A stretch of DNA of 64,000 bases from Octopus sinensis (GCF_006345805.1 NC_043008.1:15438001-15502000), one strand, 5' to 3'; shown: positions 26,205 through 40,490, counted from the stretch's first letter. Notes: generated from the letters alone by a model not told the origin. A program made the numbers and translations.

Positions 26205-26403
26205 AGGCGCAGGAGTGGCTGCGTGATAAGTAGTTATATGTGAAGGAGTGGATGTGTGGTAATTAGCTTGCTTACCATCCACATCGTGCCGGGTTCAGTC
26301 CCACTGTGTGATACCTTGGGCAAGTGTCTTCTACTATAGCCTCGGGCCGACCAAAGACCGTGAGGGGATTCTACGGAAACTGAAAGAAAGTCGTCGTATA
26401 TAT

Positions 26404-26441
<38 letters not shown>

Positions 26442-26700
26442 ACGCACACACACACAAACAGACAGGCAGAGAGAGAGAGACACACACACACATATATATA
26501 TACATATTTGTACGCATGTGTGTTTGTGTGTCTGTGTTAGTCCCACCAAACATCGCTTGACAACCGATGCTGGTGTGTTTACGTCCCCGTAATTTAGCGG
26601 TTCTGCAAAAGAGACCGATAGAATAAGTACTAGCTTACAAAAAATAATTCCTCGGGTCGAGTTGCTCGACTAAAGGCGGTGCTCCAGCATGGCCGCAGTC
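26205..26700 (+). mobile_element. SINE family A copy with duplicated 5' head segment
   Basis: aggagtggctgcgtgataagtag followed by aggagtggatgtgtggtaattag. The central microsatellite is (CA)n(GA)n. Confidence 0.9.
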
Positions 26701-26905
26701 ATCGATTGAAGAATCGGTGCTGATTAAAATTATCGACTTTTTTTGAAATTCCAATTTCATAAGTAACCGCTTGGGCAAAAGCACCCACCACACGTGTCAA
26801 GTTTCACCAAGATCGCTTGGATAGTCTCGGAGGAGTTAAAGTACCAAATTTGCACACTCACACACAACCACTAACAGATAGAACTTGCCATTTATGTATA
26901 TAGAT
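26701..26905 (+). mobile_element. Possible non-autonomous Helitron/Helentron (DINE-1/HINE-like) 3' fragment
   Basis: gtcaagtttcaccaagatcg..tagtctcggaggagtt..acagatagaacttgccatttatgtatatagat resembles, from memory, the 3' end of such elements. Confidence 0.35.
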
Positions 26906-27329
26906 TATTAAAAAGATAATTTCACTTTGTACCGTCAACTAATATCATAGAAAAACAAAAACAAAATCAAATGAAAAATGTCGAACAATGTACGAAGACT
27001 CCAAAATGCATTTTGTAGCTTAAGCATGATTTACCACACTGTATTTACTAAACAAACAGATTTCCATGCAACTCTTCAGTAATGATTCGGAAGTTTATCG
27101 GATATTTTTCATGCGACAGCATTCTCATTTTATTGTAGTGATCTGTTGTATCCTTCAGTGATAAATCACAATTTCTAGGACAGATTCCTTATTGTATAAG
27201 ATGTACTTCAATCCTGAATTGTCATAAATACTCTTTAGAATTTCAGATAACGATTCCATGTAGACTGTCCTAAATACGTGGTTAGCATCAGATTTCAATT
27301 TCTTTACAGAAACAGCCTCCACAGACAAG

Positions 27330-27338
27330 AACACGCAC

Positions 27339-27371
<33 letters not shown>

Positions 27372-27840
27372 GAGACACACACACACAGAGGCACACACAC
27401 ACATGTACACACACACACGCATACACACAGACACAGACACCCACACACACACAGACACACATACACACAGGCACACACACAGGCACACACACACAGACAC
27501 ACACACACAAGCACACACACAGGCACACACACATACAGGCAGGCACACACACACAGGCACACGCACACACAGGCACACACACACAGGCACACACACACAG
27601 GCACACACACACATGCACACACACAGGCACGCACATACACACACAGGCACACACACACACAGGCACATACACACAGGCACGCACACACACACATACACAC
27701 AGATACACACACACAGGCACACAGACACAGGCACATACACACAGGCACACACACACACAGGCACACACACACAGGCACACACACAGACACACACACACAC
27801 ACAGGGACACAGACACACACACACACGTACACACACACAT
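27330..27840. repeat. (GA)n followed by a CAGG(CA)n variant minisatellite
   Basis: Repeated caggcacacacaca units of roughly 12-16 bp. Confidence 0.9.
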
Positions 27841-28899
27841 ACTTATACTTTCTGGCACTTCTGTATTTATTTCTGTATTTACATTATGCTACGCAACCGG
27901 GGCTACCTTTTCGTGTACCAGCCTGTATATATATATATAAACATATACATATTTATACCTATGTATATATGCGTATATGTTTGTGTGTGTGTGCGTACGT
28001 GTGTGTATATGTATATATGTATGTATATCCGTATGTATGTATATTTATGTACATGTAGACATGCATCTATGCAATAAAGATGTTGCCAACTTACAAAACA
28101 CTTGAAGTGTTTGACAATATTTTCACTCGTATAAATGCTGACATTTCTTTCAGCTCTTGTCGGTTCTGACAGTAAATAACACATCATAATATACAGCTGA
28201 CAAGTCTATCAATGCCAGCACAACGCCCCATACCTCAGATTATTTATATGAAACGCTGAAGTAACTAACGAAATCTCTGTGTGTACGTTCTACATTTCCA
28301 CAACAGTAGCCAGTTTCTTTAAAATCGTGTATGAGAACAGGAAGGCCATACTGTATATACTCATATATACAAATCTAGCTGAGAGAAGGATATAATATTT
28401 AAGATTGTCACTGTTTTGATCAATATTGTTCTGTTAAATATAGTGATTAAATATCCCTCAATTCAAATTAAACCATGTTTAAAATGTGATGGGTTAAAAT
28501 GACGATGTAGAATAGGATATTTTAAAAGGTGGAACGGTCATAGTTGGGTTGGATTTGTTTAGAGATCTAGTAGACTGGGGTTGTTTTGCTAGTGAAAAGC
28601 AGGAAGAACATCAGTACCATATCGTCCATATTCCCAGTATCTAACGGTGAAAGTCATCTAGCTTCCTAGAAATAAAAGCCAAACATTACATATAAGGCAC
28701 ACCATTCATCTTCAAAGATAAGGAACTTTTAAGGACAGAATAAATGAAATATTAGTCAGTAGGTCTTTCGTCATCATCAATGTCTATCCTTCTATATGTT
28801 GCATTTTGTTGTTGGCTAATAATAAAAGCTTGTTTTAAAGGAGAATCTTGCCTCTCACAATATGTAAAAAATTCTCCCTGACTACTTCATAAGGCTGAC

Positions 28900-29470
28900 C
28901 TCAGTTTACGCATCTGCATCACTCTTTTCTGCCTCCTTTTCTTCATCAGCACTACTGCCACCGCCGACGTGTCAGCAGCAGTCTTTGATGCAGCTACCAG
29001 AGCCGCTGCCTCTGCCACTACCACTGCTGCTACTATTCTTGCCTCGCCATTGCTGCCGCAGTTGCTGTCACAGCCGCAAACGCCGCTGGTGCCGCCGTCA
29101 TTACCGCTACCCCTGCCACCGCTTCTACCACTGCTACCTCGTTCTATATTGACAATCACGTCGCTACCATTTCCACAGCTGCCGCCTCCAATTCTGTCGC
29201 TGCCGCCGCCTCTTCCACCCCCGCCTCTTTCGCCTTCGCCCCTTCCGCCTCTTTCGCCTTCGCCCCTTCCGCCTCTTTCGCCTTCGCCCCTTCCGCCTCT
29301 TTCGCCTCTTACGCCTCTTCGCCTCCGCCTCTTTCGCCTCCGCCTCTTCCACCTCCACCCCTTCCGCCTCCGCCCCTTTCTGCCGCCTCCTCTTCCGCCT
29401 CCGCCCCCGTTTCAGCCTCCGCCTCCGTTTCAGCCTCCGCCTCCACAACGACTACTGCTGCCGTCTTTAT
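28900..29470. repeat. Degenerate C-rich trinucleotide/low-complexity block with a 24-bp tandem unit
   Basis: ccgcctctttcgccttcgcccctt x3 at ~29221-29292 within GCC/CCT-type drift. Confidence 0.8.
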
Positions 29471-30559
29471 GATTAGTGCGAGCGAATTTGTGAAATTTTC
29501 TTTTCATTCATTCTTGAACAAATCACTCGGGCAAGGAAGTATTTTCTTTCGTGACGCATATAGTCCATGCGTTTTCTATACCTGAAAGTGACCTAAGTTT
29601 AGTAAAATATTTTCGATTACGAGCGCTATCAAGTAATGGTTTTCTCTCTAGATTATGGTGCTTTTGATATCGCAATGAGTTTTCTAGCACTCTTCTCTCA
29701 CTCATAATTAGATGGACTATGAAACTGGGATAAAAATGAAATCCTCTTTGGAATGTTTTTTCGCTTTCTTGTTGGTTTACCATATTGGGAGCAAGTTTAT
29801 ATAGTTTATCGTATTGGGGGAATGTTTATATGTTTCCCATTTCACCGCTTGTTTCATATTCATTCCTAGCCCTTCTCCACATTATCGAAGAGATTGACCT
29901 GGAAGCGGGCTGCTAATCCTCGGCATTTTGCACAGAAACCGTGACGATTTCTTTCATCTTTTGATAAACGAATGGTGGCGGTCAGGAAACAGTAGCTCCT
30001 CCTCTTATATATTAATCACTACCTTTGTTGCTTCACAAAAAACGTTACTGCCTGAATGTGCATCTTATTCTTTTTCTAATTAACTTCCTTGTATCTCAGA
30101 ATTATCTCGTTTTTGTAGGACCCTTTTCGGTGCTAATTTCTCTGATGTTAAAAAAAAAACTCTTCCCGCTTCTTCAGTAGGAACTCAGTAATTCCTAGCC
30201 TGAAAATAAAATAAGATAAGATAATGACAGAGTCAAGATATTTTGTGCAACTCTGGTATAAGAAAGACTCCACCAACACATATAAACATACGTTCATCTA
30301 CACAAACACACTAACACATACACACTCACAGACACACACAAATGCTCTGTTACAGACTCAAGCTCGCGCACACGCACATAATCACACACACGCACGCACA
30401 CTGGAACAGACACAAAAAAACATACACAAACACACACAGAGGCACATACATTTTCCTCATGTAAAAATTGATAATGATTAAAATTTCGCTGCGAAATTTG
30501 AAAATACATCCTTTCAATTAAAAAAAAACAAAACAAATGAAAACAACACTAACAGCAAT

Positions 30560-30596
30560 AACGACAACAATAATAATAACAGGAGTAATAATAATG

Positions 30597-30641
<45 letters not shown>

Positions 30642-30699
30642 GTAATGATAATAATGATAATAATAATAATAATGATGATGATGATAATAATAATAATAA

Positions 30700-30753
<54 letters not shown>

Positions 30754-30801
30754 TATAATGATAATAATAATGCTGATGATGATGATGGTGATAATAATAA
30801 C

Positions 30802-30870
<69 letters not shown>
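30560..30870. repeat. (AAT)n array
   Basis: Direct reading. Confidence 0.95.
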
Positions 30871-31091
30871 AACAAAAACAGAAAGAAAAAAACGTTTCAA
30901 TTCTGATATCTCACAATATATCATTATACAAATGATAGAAATGAAACTTGAGAGATACTCATATACAATACATATTGCACAAACAAGTATCTATGTACAA
31001 ATACGTACGCCCGCACAGACACACAATCACACACATACATTCACACATACATGGATATAAATTTACATATAGACAGATTGACACGCATGCT

Positions 31092-31131
<40 letters not shown>

Positions 31132-31569
31132 TCACATACATATATTTCTTATAAATATATAGTTATATTACAATATATTTCTTAATGCTAATTATAATTT
31201 CTTTGAAAAATCCTCGTGGAAAAATCATTTTATCGGAATCTCTGAATAAAATCAATCTTTTCCCCTTTTTATATCTGTTTCGTTTTTCCTGTTTTTTTTT
31301 CCCTTTTTTAAACCCGTTTCTCCTCTATAAATATTCTCCAATGTTTCAACAAGTCATGTCGGCATGGACATTTATTTTATGGAATGGGAGTTTGCGTTAG
31401 GCCCCTCAAAATAAAACTTCACGCTTCGCTGACATTAAATAAAAATGTACATATATCGCTGGTTGAAGGATCTTCATTGAGAGAATAAATAGGAAAGCGA
31501 TGGGGGTTCAAAACATTCATCGAAATTAATGTAGAATCATGGTTTGGTCTGAAGTTGTTAATGTTGCAA

Positions 31570-31578
31570 ACATCATCG

Positions 31579-31620
<42 letters not shown>

Positions 31621-31622
31621 CC

Positions 31623-31654
<32 letters not shown>

Positions 31655-31811
31655 CATTATTATTATTATTATTGTTGTTGTTGCTCTTATTATTATCATT
31701 ATTCTCTTCCTCCTCGATCTCCTCCATTTCCTCCTCCTCCTCCCCTCTCCTCCTTATTCTTCTCCTTTTTTCTTCTTGTTCTTGTTCTTGTTGTTCTTCT
31801 TCTTATTATTA

Positions 31812-31871
<60 letters not shown>

Positions 31872-31913
31872 TCATTATTATTATATTCATTATTATTATT
31901 ATTATCATCATCA

Positions 31914-31966
<53 letters not shown>

Positions 31967-31985
31967 TTCATCATCATTATTATTA

Positions 31986-32047
<62 letters not shown>

Positions 32048-32106
32048 TTATATTATTATTATTATTATTATTATTATTCTTATTATTATTATTATTATCA
32101 TCATCA

Positions 32107-32142
<36 letters not shown>

Positions 32143-32182
32143 TATTATTATTTTCATCATCATTATTATTATTGTTATTATA

Positions 32183-32262
<80 letters not shown>

Positions 32263-32355
32263 TCATTATTATTATTATTATTATCATCATCATCATTATA
32301 TTATTATTATTTATTATTATTATTATTATTATTATTTTCATCATCATTATTATTA

Positions 32356-32401
<46 letters not shown>

Positions 32402-32410
32402 TGTTATTAT
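31570..32410. repeat. (TCA)n/(TTA)n compound array
   Basis: Direct reading. Confidence 0.95.
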
Positions 32411-33224
32411 TGTATGTCACTATGACAAGGCTTGTTTCGAAACGCTTTTGTTTCGTGACTTTGATTCTTATTCGGTTGTCTGTTTGTGTTGTCTGTTTGT
32501 GTGTCATTCATATGACTTTAGTTAAAGAAAGGGACGCATCTGGTTGTTAATGTCTCTCTCTCAAGTTGTGGGAGAAAAAGAAGATACGTGAGTAACATTT
32601 ATGTTCGCTGACATTTAATACATTATGCTGGAGAAAACTCCTTCAAAACAGCGGACTTTGACAGCTACACGGAAAAAAGAAAAACATACTCCCATAAACA
32701 AAAAGACCAACTTTCAAATATAAGATATTGTAAAATAATGCATGGTAATTTTGGAACGTAAACATAGAGTTTTGTTGTTTTTAAGGGGAGCAATTTTGAT
32801 GACTCGCTTATTAATAACAAGAACGGCAACTGCTACAACAACATGAGCTACAGTACCCGGGTGAGCCCACACAGATTTGCAATGGTCGGGCTCAGTAAGA
32901 AACTCTCGGATATAGACAAGGTCGTTTCAGAGAAGAAAATATTTCGCTAGCAATGTGTTACAAGTGGCTGTTTCTTCGCCGGTGGAAACATATTAGGGAC
33001 TAAAAGGACTGAATTCAAATATCCCTATTTAAGAAAGCTCGGTGTATGGTGTACCCCTTAATGACGAATTAAATGAAGTCCTTGCAAATGTATCTTATAC
33101 AATTCTGTCCATTAAAATGGGGTAGAGCATACGGTATTTTATGTCTAATATTCAAGAACAAGGAATTGAAGGAGGCGCTAAATCTGCAAATACGGAGAAT
33201 ACTATGCAACGGTCATTGGGCTTC

Positions 33225-33634
33225 TTATTTCTTTATTGCCCACAAGGATCTAACCAAAGAGGGGACAAACAAGAACAGATAAAGGGATTAAGTCGATTAC
33301 ATCGACCCCATTGCGTAACTGGTACGGAATTTATCGACCCTGAAAGGATGAAAGGCAAATTCGACCTCGGTGGAATTTGAACTCAGAACGTAAGGGCAGA
33401 CGAAATACCTATTTCTTTACCACCCACAAGGAGCTAAACACAGAGGGGACAAACAAGGACAGACAAACGGATTAAGTCGATTACATCGACCCCAGTGCGT
33501 AACTGGTACTTAATTTATCGGCACCGAAAAGATGAAAAGCAAAGTCGACTTCGGCGGAATTTGAACTCAGAACGTAGCGGCAGACGAAATATCGCTAAGC
33601 ATTTCGCCCTGCGTGCTAACGTTTCTGCCAGCTC
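33225..33634 (-). mobile_element. SINE family B: head + 184-bp module (33408-33591) + second module-type unit ending in gggcAATAAAgaaata
   Basis: Two tandem module-type units; the distal one is terminal. Confidence 0.9.
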
Positions 33635-34383
33635 ATCAGGTTTCTGCTACACCACAAGGAGGAGTGCAATACAAGCAAGAGAGTTAGCTGCAATTTCAGT
33701 TTCTTTTATTTGCGTCTTCCTGACTCATTTCTGGTACAATATGTACGATGAAATACGTGTTTGTGCGCCCACGATGTAGAACATGTTGAAAATGTTATTG
33801 TGGGTGCAGAGCATAAAATATAATTCTTTCATTTGTGATAGCTGAAGAAACGAAGAGAAAATACATTGAGCAACAGTAAAATTAGCAACAGCGACTGAGG
33901 GACACGGCGGTTCATGTCCAAACATCAATGCTTATTTTATTTCTTATTTCATTTTCTCTGCCATCCCAATTCGGTCTTCATTCGCACGACATTGACGCAT
34001 GTGAGTGAGGTAATACTGTTGACAGAGCGATCTTGTCAACTTCATTCATAATTTTTAGAGGATTGCTAGGCTGTGCTATTACAACACTTGTCTTCCCGTC
34101 TTGGTGTTATGTTGCCAGATTTGCTGCTGAGAGTCGTATTTTCCCGGTCGTAACAGTGAAGTTGTTTTGCTATTCAGCGACATCTCTCTTAGATAAGAAT
34201 TGAACATCTATAAAACTGATAGAGATGAAAATGTGATGGATGACCAGATTAGCCTGACTGCTCTTCCAAGTGAAGTGTGAGGAGAATAATTCACCGATAT
34301 TTCGCCGCAAACGCGGTGGGTTCGGAGCACTAAGGACATGTAATCTTACTCCCCAAATTACTGGCGTTCGCATACTATAGTCC

Positions 34384-34535
34384 CGTTCTGAGTTCAAAGT
34401 CCGCCGAGGTCGACTTTGCCTTTCATCCTTTCGGGGTCGATAAATTAAGTACCAGTTACGCAATGGGGTAGATGTAATCGACTTAATACCTTGTTTGTCC
34501 CCTCTATGTTTAGCCCCTTGTGGGTAATAAAGAAA
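34384..34535 (+). mobile_element. 5'-truncated SINE family B, module-type tail ending in AATAAAGAAA
   Basis: gttctgagttcaaagtccgccgaggtcgactttgcctttcatcctttcggggtcgat..cccttgtgggtaataaagaaa. Confidence 0.9.
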
Positions 34536-35050
34536 CATATAGTCCCATTGCTCGAATCATTTTCGCCACTGTCATATCTTCACAAATTTAAGTGAATCTT
34601 GAAAATGTCAATGAGAGTTTGATCAAACCTGATAGACTTTTTGTCTTTATGCGGAATGCGAAGTTCCCGCCAAGGATGAGGAAGAGAAAAGTTAATTTGT
34701 CCAAGAGATGGTGACTCCGGCGATATGTGTATCTGAAATTCGAATAACGACAACTAGGGGAACTTAGCTGTCTGCATGAGAGTGATTTTGGGTCCATAGG
34801 AGTTCCATGGTCAACTTCAGCTGGAAGTACTTGTGTATAAAGAGAGCTGTGTAATTCTATACGTATGTATCGTGCAAATGGCGTTTGTCATCGGATTATA
34901 TGTAGCCTCTCCCATATTTTATGTTACTTATCTTTGTAATCTTCCTTTCATCCTACGCTCCTGTGGCAAATAAAACAACTCTTCTTTTGTCTCCTCCTCA
35001 TCAATTTCTTCATTGTTATTATAGTTGTTTTGTTGCTGTTGTTGTTGTTG

Positions 35051-35130
<80 letters not shown>

Positions 35131-35257
35131 GAGTGACAGAGCAGTGCATGCCATCAAAGTGACACTGGGGTAAAATATGCGAAACCCAGTATACCCGTCA
35201 TGACAACCCGTCTGATAAAGGTACACCAGGCACATGCATCACAGCCATATATGTGCA
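35131..35257 (-). mobile_element. Short 5'-truncated copy of the (AAT)n-tailed element seen at 3917-4394
   Basis: Reverse complement matches 4270-4394; (TTA)n on both sides. Confidence 0.85.
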
Positions 35258-35377
35258 ATTATTATTATTATTATTATTGGTGTTGTGATTATTATTGTTG
35301 CTGTTGCTGTTGTTGTTGTTGTTCATCTTCTTCTTCCTCTGCTTCTTCTTCTTCTTCTTCTTCTTCTTCTTCTTCTT

Positions 35378-35408
<31 letters not shown>

Positions 35409-36332
35409 TTATTATTATTATTATTATTGACAATTAAATGAGTCAGTGACGTTGGCTCTGGAAGCCCAACAAATAAATATTTGTTTCTATAAGATGCAAG
35501 TTCAGTTTTATTGTTTCATTGCTTTGCAAGATATTTCTTAAGAGGAAAGAAGCATTCAAATTTTTTCTTGATATAAATCCCTTCTAGGTGAAGATATTGG
35601 AAATGTATTTGTCGTTTGCTGACAAGGCAAACAAAATTATTTAGAAATTGCAGTTGAAGTAGTAGTAGTAATAGTAGAGGACTATTACAATGAAAGAAGC
35701 TACATATCTCTCTGCCTACCGTGGTTAACAGCCAATATCAAATAAAGAAGATCAGTGTAAAAGTAGCAAGCTAACACACAAACATACAAAACGCAATTGT
35801 AATAACAAAATACAAAGGAAATAGAAAAGAAACTCTTTAAACGGCCAAAAGTAATAAAAACAACTCCACAAACAACAAAATATGAGAACATCTGTAAGAA
35901 GAAGAAGAATAAAAATGAATAAGAATAACACGGTAAGAACAATAACGGTTACATCAACACAGGAGCCAGAAGCCAAAACGATACGTAGATTCAACACCCA
36001 AACATAGCCTGGAAAATAAATGAAGCCAAGAAATATATAAACGGAGCAGTGAAATCTGAGGAAACTAGTGTTGATTGACGGCAAGTATTTTCTCTGTACA
36101 GGTATATTCGAGGTTCATTCTTTCCGTTTATCTGTTTTACAAACACATTCGTCAAAGTAGTACCAAATTTATAATTAGTTGAGCAAGCTTTTCAGTGAAG
36201 AAATGTTTCAATTAGAATAACTATGATGTATATTGTGAAGTTCATATTTGTCAAGTTCATATTTGTCGAGTACTACTGTGAGCATTTTAGCACCTTGATA
36301 AGGATGGTAATTTGTATGTACACACACACATG

Positions 36333-36421
<89 letters not shown>

Positions 36422-36442
36422 TATATATATATATATATATAT

Positions 36443-36667
36443 CTTTACTCCTTTACTTGTTTCAGTCATTTGACTGCGGCCATGCTGGAGCACCGCCTTT
36501 AGTCGAGCAAATTGACCCTAGGACTTATTCTTCGGAAGCCTAGTACTTATTCCGTCGTTCTCTTTTGCCGAACCGCTAAGTTACGGGGACATAAACACAC
36601 CAGCATCGGTTGTCAAGCGATGTTGGGGGACAAACAAAGACCCACAAACATATACACACACACACAC

Positions 36668-36714
<47 letters not shown>

Positions 36715-36882
36715 CATATATATGACGGGATTCTTTCAGTTTCCCTCTACCAAATCCACTCACAAGGCTTTGGTCGGCCTGAGGCTATAGTAGAAGACAC
36801 TTGCCCAAGGTACTACGCAGTGGAACTGAACCCAGAACCAGAAGTAAGCAAGCTACTTACCACACATCTAACTCCTACGGCT
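36443..36882 (-). mobile_element. SINE family A copy
   Basis: ttacttgtttcagtcatttgactgcggccatgctggagcacc..caagctacttaccacac. Confidence 0.9.
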
Positions 36883-37065
36883 ATCCTTTTAAATCCTTTT
36901 TAAAATAGGAAAATCGGAAAGTAAGCACTCTTACGCCTATCCTTTTATATTTTTTTTAAAATAGGAAAATATCTGTGTGAAATAGTATTTGAAAAGGGTT
37001 GTAGTTATGAAAGCCAGCTCTGATTTCTTGCTGTATGAATAGTGTTAATTTGTAATGGTATATAG

Positions 37066-37284
37066 CAGTGGTTTTCAACCAGGGTTCCGCGGAACCTTAG
37101 GGTTCCGCCAGTACAGTCCAGGGGTTCTGCAAGATGTTACAAAACTGCTAAAGTCGGCAGTAATTTTTAATTCTCCTGTGCAGATATGTGTGCAGAAGAC
37201 TATTAAATTATTGCACAGGGGTTCCTCGAGCCAGTGGAATGTTTCCTTGGGGTTTCGCTCCAGCAAAAAGGTTGAAAAGCACTG
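37066..37284. mobile_element. hAT (Charlie-like) MITE, 219 bp
   Basis: 15-bp TIRs CAGTGGTTTTCAACC / GGTTGAAAAGCACTG (1 mismatch) and a perfect 8-bp TSD GTATATAG at 37058-37065 and 37285-37292. Confidence 0.92.
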
Positions 37285-37900
37285 GTATATAGCAATAAAA
37301 TTATGCTGCTTCGAGGATGCTACTGTGTAGAACTAGTCTTGGTGCAGTTAGGACAGCGTTGCTGCACAACGGTTGGTAGTGGTGAGGAGGATATTCCCTG
37401 AGACATAGCAATGTCATATAATATTCGTGGTGGTGGTGGTGATAGTAGTGTTATATACTGGTGGGTCTTTGCATTATTAGTTTGACTGTTGGGTATTGTT
37501 AATGGTGACGGGGTGGTTGGATGTGGATGGTATTTGTTGCGGACGACAGCTTTGAGGCATCGATGTTGACGGTATACGTTTCTATCCCGGATTAACTCAG
37601 TGTCTCAAAACTGTGACATCTATCAGATATAAAAAAAAGAAGAAAAAAAAGGAAAATGGCGGCTTTAGAACCGGATTATCAGATTATTGGATTTTGCTAG
37701 GATAAAGTAGTAATTGTTTGCATGGCTTGGTCGATAACAAAGCCAAGAAATCAGATAACGCTAAGAACAAAAATAAGAAGACCAAAAAATGAAAACAATA
37801 AAAGAACACTGGCAACGATAATGGTGAAGATGATGATGATGATGATCAACATCATCGTCGTCATCATCATCGTCGTCGTCCTCGTCGTCGTCGTCATCAT

Positions 37901-37931
<31 letters not shown>

Positions 37932-38009
37932 AGGAGCAGCAGCGATGTCAACTTTGCATAATGAAAACCACACTCGCCATTACTTACACCTCCCTCTCAC
38001 AATAGCTAC

Positions 38010-38153
38010 AGAAGTCACCACCAACACTACCACCACTATCAAAGCCGCCACTGCCGTCAGCACCACCACCACCGCCACCACCACGTTTATCAGCAAAATA
38101 ATCAGTTTCATTATAATCATTAACCCATCACTATCAACTACTACTACTACTAC

Positions 38154-38186
<33 letters not shown>

Positions 38187-38356
38187 CAATACTACCACCT
38201 CTACTATTGCAAATACTACTACTGCTACCACTACTACTACTACTATTACTACTACTACTACTATTGTTACTACAACTACTACTAACACTACTACTACCGC
38301 CTCTACTATTGTTACTACTACTACTACTAACACTACTACTACCGCCTCTACTATTG

Positions 38357-38394
<38 letters not shown>

Positions 38395-38513
38395 CTTTCT
38401 GCCACTGCTACTACTATCACTTCCGCTACCGCTACTAGTGCAACTACTTCTGTCACTGCTGCAACTGCTACCATGACTACTGCTACGATCACTATAGCTG
38501 CTGCTACTGCCAT

Positions 38514-38559
<46 letters not shown>

Positions 38560-39510
38560 GCTACTACTACTATCAGTGTCGTCCACATCACGTCCAACAA
38601 TGTCCGTAGCACACTTAATTACTCACCCACCGACAATTCCACAAGAAAAACCTCTGCACCCCATCTGCCACCACCATCCTACTAATTCTTCTAATTCTAC
38701 TACTTCTGTGACTTACACCGCCACCAATTTCACCATAACCCGCTGGCGTCGTCGTCATTCACAGAATCGTTCGTCCTCCATGTTTGTTCCCAATCAGCAA
38801 TTGTGCAAGTAAGACTATGCCATCCATATGAAATATAATCACTATCAGCAAAATCTAAACCGAACCGCCATCTCCTCTACTATCACCACCAGCACCGCCA
38901 TTTCCACCACTACCAGCGCCGCCACCTCCAAAACTACGTCGACCGGCGGCGCCGGCTCCTCCGCCACTATCGCCACCAGCAGCGCCACCTCCGCCACTAC
39001 GACCACAAGCGTCGTCACCTCCATCACTAACCCCACGAGCACCACCACACCCATCACTACCACCACCTGCGCCGCCACCTCCACTATTACCATCACTTGC
39101 GCCGCCACCTCCGCCACTACCACCACTAGAAGTCACGACCTCCACCACTACCACCACTACCACCAGCGCCGCTACCTCCACCACTACCACCAGCCTCGCT
39201 ACCTCCACCACTACCACCACCACCACCACCACCACGAGCGCCGCCATCTCCACCACTACAACCAGTAGCGCCCTCACATCCACCACTACCACCTTCAGCA
39301 GCGTTACATCCACCACTACCACCACTTGCGCCGACACAACCAACACCACCACCACCACCACCACCACCACCATCACCACCACCACCATCACCACCACCAC
39401 CACCACTAGCGGTTTCACCTCCACCACTACCACCAGTAGCGGCTCCACATTCACCACTATCACCCCCAGCGCCGGCATCTCCACCATTACCACCACCGCT
39501 ACAAGTGCCT
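38010..39510. repeat. Degenerate (ACT)n and (CCA)n trinucleotide fields
   Basis: Direct reading; includes local 30-45 bp tandem sub-repeats. Confidence 0.85.
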
Positions 39511-40054
39511 CCGACTGCACCATTTCCACAGCGAACATCTACGAAATTAACTTAGTTATCAAGGGTCACCATCATAATCATCTCCTTCTCCAATCATCAT
39601 GTCAGACCCTTTTTTTCCTATTTTGCTGGCTTCTCTGTCTTCGTTTTTATATAACCACCAATATCCAACATTCCTTCTCAGCAACACATGAAAGACATCT
39701 TAGCGCTGACCGCTCTTTCTTCTTTAGCTTCAGATAATTTGTCTCGATGTACATTAACTGAGGAATTCTGTATTTGATTCTATGTGGGTGTATGTTTTAG
39801 AAAGAAAAATAAAAAGAAAGTTGGTTGTTATTTCTAGGAGATCTGTGGAACAGGTTAAGGATTCGTATGTTGCTACAAGCGTTATTACGTTGCTGTTGTT
39901 GTTTAACCCCAGGTCACCTATGATCAATAAGACAGATCAAGCATATTTTATCTATGTCTGTCACATAGATTGAATTCACTTTAGACATTATTTTATGTGT
40001 TTTTATCTAAGACGGTCGGAAGTAATTGGAAGTGAATTTAGCTGTTATTTCCAG

Positions 40055-40127
40055 AATATAGACAAACGACTATACAGAGCAGCAATGTCCAACCTAAACT
40101 CCACAAATCCATGGGATATTCACAAAG
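40055..40127 (+). CDS. Candidate internal coding exon (phase 0 to 1) of an unidentified host gene: NIDKRLYRAAMSNLNSTNPWDIHK(G)
   Basis: Acceptor ttatttccAG, donor AAG|GTAATT, open frame, non-repetitive, phase-compatible with the next exon. Confidence 0.6.
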
Positions 40128-40253
40128 GTAATTCTGGGGATGAGCGAGTCGTGTCTGATATTTTCAGAAGGCTACAGTGTAAAATTCATCATATAACATA
40201 ATGGTTTAATTATTGTTAGTGACGTGGAGACCCCATTATCAAAAATTGTTTAA

Positions 40254-40466
40254 AATTTTGGCACAAGGACAGTAATTTTTTGGGAAAGGTTAAATCGATT
40301 ACACCGACTCCACCCCCATTACCCAGCTGGTACTTATTTAATTGGATCCCGAAAGGATGAGAGGTAAGTCTGCCTCAGCGGAATTTGAGCTCAGAACGTA
40401 AAGACGAACGAAATGCCGGTTAGCATTTTGTCCAGCGTGTTAAAGGTTCTGTCAGTTCGTCGTCTT
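40254..40466 (-). mobile_element. SINE family B copy (in the candidate intron)
   Basis: ggcacaagg..ctggtacttatttaatt..cccgaaaggatga..gaatttgagctcagaacgtaaagacg. Confidence 0.8.
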
Positions 40467-40490
40467 GGCTTCCTCATTAATATTGGAATT

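Noticed and set aside
28969-29472. Pro/Ala-rich 167-aa ORF
   Set aside because: Degenerate trinucleotide low-complexity DNA that is largely open in several frames on both strands; no convincing splice context.
33900-34830. Possible highly decayed RTE-like remnant on the minus strand
   Set aside because: Only scattered short resemblances (e.g. VVRM); no contiguous motif I can defend.
37945-39538. Thr-rich mucin-like ORFs
   Set aside because: (ACT)n/(CCA)n slippage fields keep frame by 3-nt indels and are open on both strands; no signal peptide or exon boundaries.
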